Below, piece by piece: positions 9,389 through 17,843 of a stretch of DNA of 64,000 bases. The DNA comes from Candidatus Latescibacterota bacterium (GTDB taxonomy: Bacteria; Latescibacterota; UBA2968), in assembly GCA_965222605.1 (NCBI GenBank), contig OZ244960.1, positions 3,584,001 through 3,648,000 of the forward strand, given 5' to 3'. Position 1 is the stretch's first letter. The number at the start of each line of letters is the position of its first letter. Made by a program: the position numbers and the translations under genes. The notes under the pieces were generated by a model. That model was not told the origin of the DNA and made no database searches. It saw only the letters and a list, made by a program, of their open reading frames with translations.

Positions 9389-10404
9389 TACTATGGACAC
9401 GGCCACCACCGTCATCATACGGATCCCCATTACTATACTCAAAAGCCATATAAGGCGACAGGGACAGTGAAACCTCAAAAGGCTTACTTGAATGTCCCTC
9501 CCAACCATGGTCATGCGGTTCATTGCCATACAGATGCTTGTGATAGACGGTATGCGTATGGAAATCACGATTGGGACTATGAGCATGCTTATGCCACCTA
9601 CTATGAGAATGACGAGCAAGAGGCCGATCCTCAGGATCGCGAGCAGCAGGAGATCGCAGTGCAACACCCTGATGTGCATTTTGATCCTCATTGGAAGGAA
9701 AGGAGGATAAAGGAAGAGGTTGATCAGCACCTTTCATATGCTGATAATGGACAAGATTATGCTGATGACTCACATAATCATCATGAAAGTGTACAAGAGC
9801 ATGCATATGGAACCATGGATGAGTATGCGAAACGTTTGGTGGTCGAGGCTGCTCAACAACCGTGTGTGGCTCACTATCGTCTATAACATGACCGCCATGT
9901 GCAAAAACATCCAAAATCATAAAAAACAACGCTGCCATCGTTATAAAGTATCTCATTTTTCCCTCCAGGTGGTTTGTAGTAATCGCCAGCAGAGTCATCC
10001 CGATCAGCGTCACCAAAATCAAAAAAATTTTCAGCGTTTCATTGTTTTGCCCTCCTGTTTTCTGGAACGGTTAAGAAATACATTTGTAACCACGTTTGGT
10101 GCGAGACATACTGAAGCGGTCAGCGGTCAACAAAACCTGTTCAGATACACATACGTTTGTAATTGCAAATCCAAAAATGTAATGTGTCACTTCAAAACGG
10201 CCTATCAGTAAATTTGAAGGTCATACCTTATGCAGTTATACATACGCTTGTATTCATACAAAAATAAAAAATAAAAGTCAACAGGAGAATTAGCAAAAAT
10301 TAAGAGATTGTTTCATTGCCCTAATTTTAATGAAAAGTTTTGACTTCCAAATAGATCGCGGCAGTGGAAAAAACGCTGGATTTGTCCGAATGGACTTGTG
10401 TTTT

Positions 10405-11268
10405 TTATATTATCGGAACACCAGCGCGGGTGGCGATGGCGCGGGTGTTTGCAGCAGCTTCGGGTATGAGGTCGGGTTTGAGGTGTTCGATGAGGCCGTA
10501 GTTATTGGGGTGGTAGTTCTGGAAATGCCGGAAGCAGTGGGCGAGGTCGAGTTCGCCATTGCCGGGTACGGTTTCGTCGAGGTGGATGACAAGTCCTTTG
10601 CCGATTGAGATATCTTTGATGTGCATGACCGGGGAATAAGCACCCATTTCAGAAAAGATGTGATTTAGGCGGTCAGTGCTATCATAGACCTGGCTCAGGG
10701 TTTCAAAGTGGTTGACGTAGTCCATTACGAGGCGCAGGTTGGGCGATCCGACGCTTTCGACCATTTGGCGGCAGGTTTCCGGGTTTTTGAGGATGGAGAC
10801 AAGGTGGGTTTCCATGACGACTGTGACGCCGTATTGTTCGAGGGTGGGGGTGATTTTTCGCAGGGTTTCGATGAGGCGGTCCCATGCTTCTGGCGTGTGG
10901 TTGCGGCGATGGGGCGTCCAGCTTCCGGCGGGATTGCGGCTGCCCGGGCGCAGGAGGTAGGCTTGTGCAGATAGGCCCGCGGCGATTTCTGCGCCTTTTT
11001 TTATTTTTCGGATGATTGCGTTTCGGATTTCTGGGTCGGGGTCAAAGAGGCACTCGGGGTATGTGATGGAGAATTGTGCGAGGTCCAGGTTATGTTCGGC
11101 AAAAAGTGTGCGGCACCGGTCCGTGTCGGCGGTTGTGATTTCTTCGCATAGTTCTGCGGGGAAGTGAAAGGCTCCGCCGGTGAATCCGAGGTTTTGGATG
11201 GTCTGAAGATGTGGCGATTCTATGGTGCGAAAATCCCTGGGCAAAAGGCCTACAACACCTGAGCGCAT
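10405..11268 (-). CDS. Sugar phosphate isomerase/epimerase family (xylose-isomerase-like TIM barrel)
   Basis: VVMETH, LVMDYVN, MHIKD, VPGNGELD and LIEH motifs. Confidence 0.8.
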   Translation of the reverse strand: MRSGVVGLLPRDFRTIESPHLQTIQNLGFTGGAFHFPAELCEEITTADTDRCRTLFAEHNLDLAQFSITYPECLFDPDPEIRNAIIRKIKKGAEIAAGLSAQAYLLRPGSRNPAGSWTPHRRNHTPEAWDRLIETLRKITPTLEQYGVTVVMETHLVSILKNPETCRQMVESVGSPNLRLVMDYVNHFETLSQVYDSTDRLNHIFSEMGAYSPVMHIKDISIGKGLVIHLDETVPGNGELDLAHCFRHFQNYHPNNYGLIEHLKPDLIPEAAANTRAIATRAGVPII

Positions 11269-11279
11269 GGTCTGGTCTC

Positions 11280-12014
11280 CTATCGCGTGAAGATGCTGCC
11301 GCGAAGATAATCGGCTTCGTCAGATACAAGGAAGGACAGTATTTTGCCCACGCCTTCGGGGTCGCCGAGTCCGGCTGCCATTTTTGAGACATCGCGTCCT
11401 GCGGCGTCGGCTTGTTTTTGTACAACGCGCATTTTGAGCGGTGTTTCAATTCCGCCTGGGCATACGCCGTGGACGCGGATGTTGCGATTGCCCAGTTGGG
11501 CTGCCAGGACGAGAGAGAGGCCGTGGACGCCGCCTTTGCTGGAGCCGTAAGCGACGGATGAGCTTCCACCTTTGACGCCCGCGCCAGAGGCGATGAGTAC
11601 GATGACGCCTTTGTCGGCTTTTTCCATTAATGGTACGGTGTATTTTGAGGCGAGAAAACTGCCTTTCAAATTGATGTCTATGACTCTGTCCCAGGTGAAT
11701 TCATCAAATTCATCGACGGGAACGAGTGCGCCTTCGAGGATGCCGGCGGCGTTGATTAATCCATCGATGTGCCCGAAGGTGTTGCCGATGTTTTCAAAGA
11801 GCGCGCGTACCTGATTCTCTTCTTTTATGTCTGCGTGAAATCCCGTTGCATTCCCACCCGCGTTTTCGATTTCTCGAACTGTGCGTTCCACTCCCGCTCC
11901 GTCCAGATCCACTACGGCTACACGCGCGCCTTCTCGGGCACAGCATCGCGCTGCCGCCTGTCCTATGCCCGATGCACCGCCTGTTACGACGATGTTTTTG
12001 TTTTGTAATCTCAT
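11280..12014 (-). CDS. SDR family NAD(P)-dependent oxidoreductase
   Basis: VTGGASGIG, INAAG and YGSSK; start taken at MRLQ (RBS AAAGGAG). Confidence 0.9.
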   Translation of the reverse strand: MRLQNKNIVVTGGASGIGQAAARCCAREGARVAVVDLDGAGVERTVREIENAGGNATGFHADIKEENQVRALFENIGNTFGHIDGLINAAGILEGALVPVDEFDEFTWDRVIDINLKGSFLASKYTVPLMEKADKGVIVLIASGAGVKGGSSSVAYGSSKGGVHGLSLVLAAQLGNRNIRVHGVCPGGIETPLKMRVVQKQADAAGRDVSKMAAGLGDPEGVGKILSFLVSDEADYLRGSIFTR

Positions 12015-12037
12015 GGGTTCTCCTTTTTCAAAGACCA

Positions 12038-12541
12038 TTAAGGCTCATGGTCACCAGTCTCCACGCGATAGACTTCCATGCCTCGTGATTCGTAATTTTG
12101 CAGTGCATATGGATGGTCAAGGGTGCAGGTATGCACCCATACTCTTTTTGTTTTTCCCCATTCCCAGGCCGATTTTATCGCATGAGACAAGAAGTAACCC
12201 CCAAAGCCCTGTCCGATGAATTTGGGAGCCAAACCGAAATTGACGATTTCGACATTGCCACCATCTTGCTGTTGAAGTTCGCAGTATCCTGCAGGCGAGC
12301 CTTTGTAATGCGCAAACCATGTTCTCAGATTGTCGTTTTCTACGTGTGCTCTCCATTGTTCATCTGGCCATGAGAGCTTATTTGTCCACTCCCAGGGTCC
12401 GCCTACAAGTTGATAGAAGAATCTGTTAACTTGAAATTGTTTGATTTCACATTCATGTACATTCAGTCCGTTCGATTCCGTTTTTTCTTTTAGCGAAGAA
12501 GGCGATTTCATTTCGAGATAATATGTGGTGACTGTGTTCAT
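12038..12541 (-). CDS. GNAT family N-acetyltransferase
   Basis: FGLAPKFIGQGFGGYFL and RVWVHTCTLDHPYALQNY.SRG. Confidence 0.88.
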   Translation of the reverse strand: MNTVTTYYLEMKSPSSLKEKTESNGLNVHECEIKQFQVNRFFYQLVGGPWEWTNKLSWPDEQWRAHVENDNLRTWFAHYKGSPAGYCELQQQDGGNVEIVNFGLAPKFIGQGFGGYFLSHAIKSAWEWGKTKRVWVHTCTLDHPYALQNYESRGMEVYRVETGDHEP

Positions 12542-12607
12542 TGGCTTTTCCGTCCAAATGGGATAGAGATAAATGAGGGGTGTGCAGTGTCATCGCAGTA
12601 TGGCGTT

Positions 12608-12633
12608 GTAGGGGACGGTCCCCGTGCCGTCCC
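12608..12633 (+). repeat. GTAG-type REP-like palindrome
   Basis: GTAG followed by hairpin GGGACGG-N8-CCGTCCC in intergenic DNA. Confidence 0.6.
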
Positions 12634-12739
12634 GTTCGTCATCTATCCATGTTGTAGATTGCAAAAATACATGCGATATTGAGGATAAACAACCTCTTTC
12701 GGATGCCGCTATTTTGGCGGTGTCATTCAGGAGGCTACT

Positions 12740-13501
12740 ATGGGCAGTATTCTGAAATTTCTGCGTGTGCTCATTGGGATGGGGTTGCTCGTTGGTTGCG
12801 GGGATGATTATCCCGTTCAGCCAGAATCAGCGGGCGAGTTGATTGAGGAGATGGTGCAAGTTCCGGCGGGCGAATTTGTGATGGGTACCAATGTGTTTGG
12901 GCGGGATGAAGGTCCCGCGCATGTGGTGTTTTTAGATGCTTTCTGGATTGATCGTTTTGAGGTGGTCAATGTAGATTACAGGTTATTTGTTGCGACGACA
13001 GGGCACGATCCTTCGGCCTGTGCCGATTCCGTGGGGTTTAATGCTGCACGGCAACCGGTCGTTGGTGTGACCTGGTTTGATGCACAGGATTTTTGCGTGT
13101 GGGCAGGCAAGCGGTTGTGTTCCGAGGCGGAGTGGGAAAAGGCCGCGGGTGGCGATGGGCGTATCTATCCCTGGGGCAATGAGGATCCCGATCCGACGCG
13201 GTTGAATTTTAATGGGCATGTGGGCAAGCCCGCGACTGTGGGTAGTTTTCCCGAGGGTATGAGTCCTTTTGAGGTGTCGGATTTGTCGGGCAATGTGTGG
13301 GAGTGGGTGGCGGATTGGTATCGCGTGGAGTATTATCGCAATAGTCCGCGGGAAAATCCCCAGGGACCAGAGAGTGGGGGTTTGCGCGTGATGCGCGGTG
13401 GCAGTTGGGTAAATGGCGCACCAGCCGTGCGGGTGCAAGAGCGCGGCCGGCTCAATCCCATATGGCAGGGCAAGGAAATTGGGTTCCGCTGTTGTCGGTG
13501 A
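12740..13501 (+). CDS. Formylglycine-generating-enzyme (SUMF1)-fold lipoprotein
   Basis: Lipobox LLVGC; FVMG, SEAEWEKAA, YPWG, DLSGNVWEW, RGGSW and GFRC motifs; lacks the catalytic Cys pair of true FGE. Confidence 0.85.
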   Translation: MGSILKFLRVLIGMGLLVGCGDDYPVQPESAGELIEEMVQVPAGEFVMGTNVFGRDEGPAHVVFLDAFWIDRFEVVNVDYRLFVATTGHDPSACADSVGFNAARQPVVGVTWFDAQDFCVWAGKRLCSEAEWEKAAGGDGRIYPWGNEDPDPTRLNFNGHVGKPATVGSFPEGMSPFEVSDLSGNVWEWVADWYRVEYYRNSPRENPQGPESGGLRVMRGGSWVNGAPAVRVQERGRLNPIWQGKEIGFRCCR

Positions 13502-13553
13502 TGCAATAGGGTTGCTTCGTATCTCTCGTTGAAAGAGGCGAGTTTTTAGCCTA

Positions 13554-13582
13554 TTGCCAAGATTTTTGGTATTATGTATTAT
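13554..13582 (+). promoter_or_regulatory. Sigma70-type promoter upstream of the antitoxin pair
   Basis: TTGCCA-N17-TATTAT, 24 nt before ATG 13607. Confidence 0.6.
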
Positions 13583-13606
13583 TCGGTTACGAATAGGAGC
13601 TTTATC

Positions 13607-13843
13607 ATGAGTACGCTGAGTATTCGATTGCCGGACTCACTACATAAACGGATCAAGCAAATGGCGGAAGCGGAGGGGATTTCTATGAATCAGTTTATCA
13701 CCCTGGCAGTTGCGGAGAAGATGTCGGCTCTGGCGACGGTTGAGTATCTGAAAGAGCGTGCTAAGCGAGGTAGCCGCCAGAAGTTTGAAGCTGTTTTGGC
13801 AAATGTGCCAGATGTAGAGCCGGAAGAATATGACAAATTATAG
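13607..13843 (+). CDS. Ribbon-helix-helix antitoxin (HicB-like/YlcI-type, usually paired with a PIN toxin)
   Basis: MSTLSIRLPDSLH...AEAEGISMNQFITLAVAEK...VPDVEPEEYD; AGGAG RBS. Confidence 0.8.
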   Translation: MSTLSIRLPDSLHKRIKQMAEAEGISMNQFITLAVAEKMSALATVEYLKERAKRGSRQKFEAVLANVPDVEPEEYDKL

Positions 13844-13881
13844 CCCAGTAGCACAATGAGGCTGTGTGTGAGGTATATGTA

Positions 13882-14088
13882 ATGAAAAAAGAATACGACT
13901 TTTCAAAATCAGTCAAGAATCCCTATGCAAAACATCTTGCGAGGCAGGTTACGCTTCGTTTGGGGACGGATGTGATTGCATATTTTAAGGATTTGGCGGA
14001 TGAAACGGGTATTCCATACCAGAGTTTGATCAATCTGTATCTCCGGGATTGCGTCCAGACTAAAAAAAAGCTCAAGTGGGCGTCATGA
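13882..14088 (+). CDS. BrnA/CopG-like antitoxin
   Basis: MKKEYDFSKSVKNPYA...VTLRL...IAYFK...TGIPYQSLINLYLRDC. Confidence 0.82.
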   Translation: MKKEYDFSKSVKNPYAKHLARQVTLRLGTDVIAYFKDLADETGIPYQSLINLYLRDCVQTKKKLKWAS

Positions 14089-14116
14089 TCTAAGAGACAG
14101 TCTTACTTCAATACAC

Positions 14117-14150
14117 AAGGGCTTGCGAGATCGAATCGCAAGCCCTTTTT
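14117..14150 (+). terminator. Intrinsic terminator between the convergent antitoxin pairs
   Basis: AAGGGCTTGCGA-N7-TCGCAAGCCCTT followed by a T run. Confidence 0.75.
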
Positions 14151-14302
14151 CTTACACGCTGTATAAGAAATCTGATCTGTCTCTGAGAAGGTGATATAAA
14201 ATCGACGAAATAATTGCACGGATCAAAACATCTACGTTATCTCCGATTGTGTTGAGATAGGATCTGATTCCCAGTATTTGATGTCGTAGTTCAAAAAAAA
14301 TA

Positions 14303-14623
14303 TCAAATCAAAGCCACGTCAATAGTTTCCTCTGTTTTGTGGCCTAATTTCGAACGCACTCGGATTTCGATATGGTGATCCAGTTTTCCCAACAGAGAGA
14401 ACAGACAATCGATGGTAAAACCCTTTAATCGGCCGTTTCTCAGTTCCGTCATTTTGGATCGACTTATTCCCAAAAAATCCGCAGCTTTCTTTTGACTTAT
14501 TCCCTGATCGGTGATCAAGCGGTTGATCTTATATGCCAGTTTCGCTTTTGCCAATCTTTCATCGGAGGAAGGAAGCCCCAAATCCTTAAAAACGTTTCCC
14601 GAACTACAGGTATAGTCTGCCAT
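14303..14623 (-). CDS. XRE-family HTH antitoxin (HigA-like, usually paired with a RelE/Gp49 toxin)
   Basis: SSGNVFKDLGL...KAKLA...SQKKAADFLGISRSKMTELRNGRL.GFTID.L. Confidence 0.82.
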   Translation of the reverse strand: MADYTCSSGNVFKDLGLPSSDERLAKAKLAYKINRLITDQGISQKKAADFLGISRSKMTELRNGRLKGFTIDCLFSLLGKLDHHIEIRVRSKLGHKTEETIDVALI

Positions 14624-14696
14624 GATTTATTTTCCTTGCGCCAACTCTTGCGCGCGCTCATCCCGACCCCTGTGCTTAAACCCCTTTTATCTAAAT

Positions 14697-14963
14697 TCAA
14701 GTTGTGGCTTGGCAAAGGTCCGTGAAGTGTTCTACGGGAATCTGAACCTCCTTGCTCGCTTTTTGACCCTGGACATAGAGTTCATTGAATCGCTTTTCAA
14801 TATCCCGCAATACATGACCTTCAAGATATTGCTCGCCGCAATACGCACACTTGAGACATGGCACATCATCCACAATAAGAAATTTGCCATCGTACCGATA
14901 AATGTATTGCGTTTGGCGAGGCTGGAGTTCTTTATGACCACAGAAAGCACATCCTGTTTTCAT
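14697..14963 (-). CDS. YgiT/MqsA-type zinc-finger antitoxin
   Basis: CAFC...VDDVPCLKCAYCGEQY; 88 aa. Confidence 0.82.
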   Translation of the reverse strand: MKTGCAFCGHKELQPRQTQYIYRYDGKFLIVDDVPCLKCAYCGEQYLEGHVLRDIEKRFNELYVQGQKASKEVQIPVEHFTDLCQATT

Positions 14964-15018
14964 TCTGAACCTCGTTCATAAGGGGTTGTGAATTTTGGTA
15001 TTGAGTGCCCGCGCAAAC

Positions 15019-15795
15019 CTAATCTAAACTCCGGTTATTCGGTCCGAAAAGGGAAGCCCCCGAGTTAGGGGATTCCACTACTTTGAGTGTGTAGGCAATG
15101 CGGGCGTAGTAGAAAGTGCTCAGCCCCTCAAAGCCAGAGTCGGTACCGACGATCAGCCAGAGCCCGCCCTTGCTGTCAGTCGTGACAGTCACTGGATTAT
15201 CGGCGTTGTCAAGAGACTTGAGCCGGAACTCTTCGCCGCTAACCTCGGGATAAGCGACGTTTCCCAGAACGACCATTGACGCGCCGCCGTTGGACTGGTT
15301 TCCCTTGTCGATGTTCATTCTGAGGTTTTCCCCCTCTGCTACGGGTTCAACGGTAGATGCTCCCGCTTTTACGTACACGCTCTCGCCGGGAGAGCCACCG
15401 ATGCCAAAGGTGTTGGACGGAACGTTGGTCGCCAGGTCAAGGGACGCGAATACCGCGTAGGTCGCATCTGCCCTGAGCCCGTCAATCCGCCTCTTAAAAA
15501 ACATGAAAAGGTCGTCGCTGCGATTATGTCCCTGTATGTAGAGACCATTGCCGTCGAGGCCTGGTGGAAGAGGGCGATAACCAGAGTCGAGTTCGTAGAT
15601 CGATGGCTCGAAGTTGGCGGGAAGGTCGGCAAATCCGGCCGTCCAGCCTTCGGCATCGCTTTGAAAAGTAAAGCTGAACTCAGCCTCGGTTGCACCCTGC
15701 GTGGAGGTACAGGATGTAATCGTCAGGTAGGCTATAAGAACAATGACCCCCACATGCCCCTGTGCTGGCGTAAACGCCGCATGTTGTGCATTCAT
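15019..15795 (-). CDS. Hypothetical lipoprotein / exported protein
   Basis: 258-aa ORF with a hydrophobic stretch ending LTITSC; beta-rich body (GHNRSDDLFMF, IVGTDSGFEG). Confidence 0.65.
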   Translation of the reverse strand: MNAQHAAFTPAQGHVGVIVLIAYLTITSCTSTQGATEAEFSFTFQSDAEGWTAGFADLPANFEPSIYELDSGYRPLPPGLDGNGLYIQGHNRSDDLFMFFKRRIDGLRADATYAVFASLDLATNVPSNTFGIGGSPGESVYVKAGASTVEPVAEGENLRMNIDKGNQSNGGASMVVLGNVAYPEVSGEEFRLKSLDNADNPVTVTTDSKGGLWLIVGTDSGFEGLSTFYYARIAYTLKVVESPNSGASLFGPNNRSLD

Positions 15796-15873
15796 CAGAC
15801 CTTACCCACTTCAAGAGACGCCTCGTACCCCTCATTATTGAGGTAGATAGCAAATTGTCGTGTCATATTTTCT

Positions 15874-17826
15874 TTATTCAGGCCGTTCCCGCACCATTTC
15901 ATGCCCTTCGAGAATATCGTAGGCAATCGCGCCCTGGCTCTGGTCGGGGGGGGCGATGTCGAAGATGTGGCAAAGGGTGGGGACGACGTCGGCGGCGTGG
16001 ATGTAGCCGAGTTTGTCGGTGGGGCGTTCGTAGCCTTTTTTGATACCGGGACCCGATAGGAAAAAAGAACCAAAGCTGGATGAGATGTCGCTGCGCGTGG
16101 GGATGAAGCCGCCGTGGTGTGCGCCGAAGACTTCGGGTGCGCCTACGCAGCCGCCCCCCACAATGCCTTGCCACTGGCCGTAGTACCCGCTGACGAACCC
16201 GTGATCCCAGGCGAAAATGACATCGCCGCACTGGTCGCCCCATTGCCCGAGTATGTACGCGTCGCGTCTGGGCAGGGCGATGGCAACGACATTGCGATCG
16301 ATTTCTTCATCGACCCAGGTGCGAAGGGCGAGGAGGACATCGCGTTCGATTTTGTCGAATTTGGGACCGGGTTCGGCGTTGATCCAGATGTCGAATCCCT
16401 TGTCATCTTTAAGGTAGGCGCGGGTTTTTTCAAAGTCGATTTCGCGTTCCAGGACTTCATCGCGCTCGACACCGTCGCTGGCGTCTTCTTTCAGGACGGT
16501 AAATCCACTGTCGTGCAGGAATTTTCGGATATTGGCGATGCGCACATCTGGTGAGGCACCGTGATCGGAAAGCACGCCGACATAAGTGGTATCATCGGCG
16601 GCATCCCACATCCGTTTTAAAATTTTGTCGCCAACGATGTAGGCTTTGCGGAAAAGGTGCATGACATCGTCGGCTTTGTCGGGGTCGTAAGCCGGGCAAA
16701 CCGGATCGACGCCGTCGAGGTGGATGTGGTTGATGTAGTCGTAGAGATGCCAGTGACAGATAAAGAAACTGGCATCTTTTTTGTGGAGCATATAATTGGC
16801 TACGTCGGCAAACCAGAGGCCCTGATATTCGCATTCTTCAAGGGCGGTGTCATAGTCGGTCATGCCAGAGGTGTAGGGTGTCATGGAGGCGTGTTCTTGA
16901 TAGGGGCCAAAGCGCTGGATGAGTTCGTCGGCGAGGTCATCTGGATATGTGAAACCATCGCCATAAGTGATCTGAGAGCGGTAGAGCTTGAGATGGGAGC
17001 CATCGGGTTCGAGTTCGAGGAGTTTGAAGCGCACAGAGGCGCGTTGTTCGCGGCTTTCGATGCGGAAGGGTTCGATGGCCCAGTTGCTCCACGCGCCCGT
17101 GCTGGCTTCGGCGATGTGGTCGTCGCCATTTTGGGATCGGCAGACGCGCAGTGTGTCGTATCCGCTGTTGGATTTGGCAAAGACGAGCAGGTGAAAGCGG
17201 TTGATGTCGCCACCGAGGCGCGCGTGGATTTCAATGGTGGAAGCGAGGGGCGGGGCAGCGCTTTGCGGAAGATTTGTCCAGTCCTTTGCAGGCGATAGTG
17301 CTGGGATGGGTTCTATGCTTCGCTGTCTTCGGCGAACGGCTGTGCCGTCGTGGTCCATTTGTACGATTTCTTCGACGTGTTCGGCGGTGGTATAAGCCTG
17401 TGCTGCGGCGATTTCATAGTCGGTGCTGGCGTGCCCGGGGTGACCAAATCCGTCGATTACATATCCTTTTTCCACGCCTGATGGATGCGCTGCCGGATAG
17501 TGCAGGGCAACGCCTTTGCGCCCTTCGCGCTCGAGGGCGTTCCACAAGCGTTGGGCATTGTTGGCGCGACCGTCAAAAGAGTTGACGCGTTCGCCGGGAC
17601 CTACTTCAACGCGCCAGCGCGAGACACTGTGTGTGCCGGTGTGTGCGCCGGTGGAGAGGGTTGCCCAGTTGGTGGGTGTCCAGACGGGGAAGGAGGGAAA
17701 GGTTTCGTTGACTGCGCCTTCGTCGAGCATGCGTTTAAAAGTTGGGAGAACGCCTTCGTCGGCAAAGTATTTCATCATGGGGGTGATGAAGCCGTCCATG
17801 CCGTAGGCGATGATTTTTTTTGACAT
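15874..17826 (-). CDS. Alkaline phosphatase superfamily, type I phosphodiesterase/nucleotide pyrophosphatase
   Basis: YGMDG, TPTNWATLSTG..TGTHSV, LSDHG, GAHHG and DVVPTL motifs. Confidence 0.85.
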   Translation of the reverse strand: MSKKIIAYGMDGFITPMMKYFADEGVLPTFKRMLDEGAVNETFPSFPVWTPTNWATLSTGAHTGTHSVSRWRVEVGPGERVNSFDGRANNAQRLWNALEREGRKGVALHYPAAHPSGVEKGYVIDGFGHPGHASTDYEIAAAQAYTTAEHVEEIVQMDHDGTAVRRRQRSIEPIPALSPAKDWTNLPQSAAPPLASTIEIHARLGGDINRFHLLVFAKSNSGYDTLRVCRSQNGDDHIAEASTGAWSNWAIEPFRIESREQRASVRFKLLELEPDGSHLKLYRSQITYGDGFTYPDDLADELIQRFGPYQEHASMTPYTSGMTDYDTALEECEYQGLWFADVANYMLHKKDASFFICHWHLYDYINHIHLDGVDPVCPAYDPDKADDVMHLFRKAYIVGDKILKRMWDAADDTTYVGVLSDHGASPDVRIANIRKFLHDSGFTVLKEDASDGVERDEVLEREIDFEKTRAYLKDDKGFDIWINAEPGPKFDKIERDVLLALRTWVDEEIDRNVVAIALPRRDAYILGQWGDQCGDVIFAWDHGFVSGYYGQWQGIVGGGCVGAPEVFGAHHGGFIPTRSDISSSFGSFFLSGPGIKKGYERPTDKLGYIHAADVVPTLCHIFDIAPPDQSQGAIAYDILEGHEMVRERPE

Positions 17827-17843
17827 GAGAATTCCTTTGTTAG

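Larger units (their letters stand above)
7893..9956 (-). pseudogene. Secreted His-rich protein with 14-aa tandem repeats and a C-terminal double EF-hand module, interrupted by an IS
   Basis: GGAGG RBS and signal peptide MRYFITMAALFFMILDVFA at 9956; deleting 8488-9388 plus one TACTA copy gives ...GGGRVH-SSEAGSGSGNLG... in frame with ORF 7893-8381. Confidence 0.85.

Noticed and set aside
9257-9886. His/Tyr-rich + strand ORF (209 aa)
   Set aside because: Antisense shadow that begins inside the IS; the minus-strand ORF has the RBS, the signal peptide and frame continuity across the IS.
9957-10055. Upstream RBS + ATG AAA CGC TGA as a possible Sec read-through start
   Set aside because: Not in frame with the His-rich gene; better explained as a frameshifted relic signal peptide (MK-TLKIFLILV...). 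No SECIS-like hairpin noted.
12740-13501. FGE-fold protein as the maturase for the two sulfatases
   Set aside because: It lacks the catalytic cysteines, is a predicted lipoprotein, and lies 30 kb away.
13490-13549. TGA followed by TGC at the end of the FGE-fold gene as a possible Sec codon
   Set aside because: GFRCCR is the normal end of this domain, and the extension is short and featureless.
13850-13884. Possible BrnT toxin tip before the BrnA-like gene (TAATG overlap)
   Set aside because: The translation is not recognisably BrnT-like, so it was not counted as a toxin relic.
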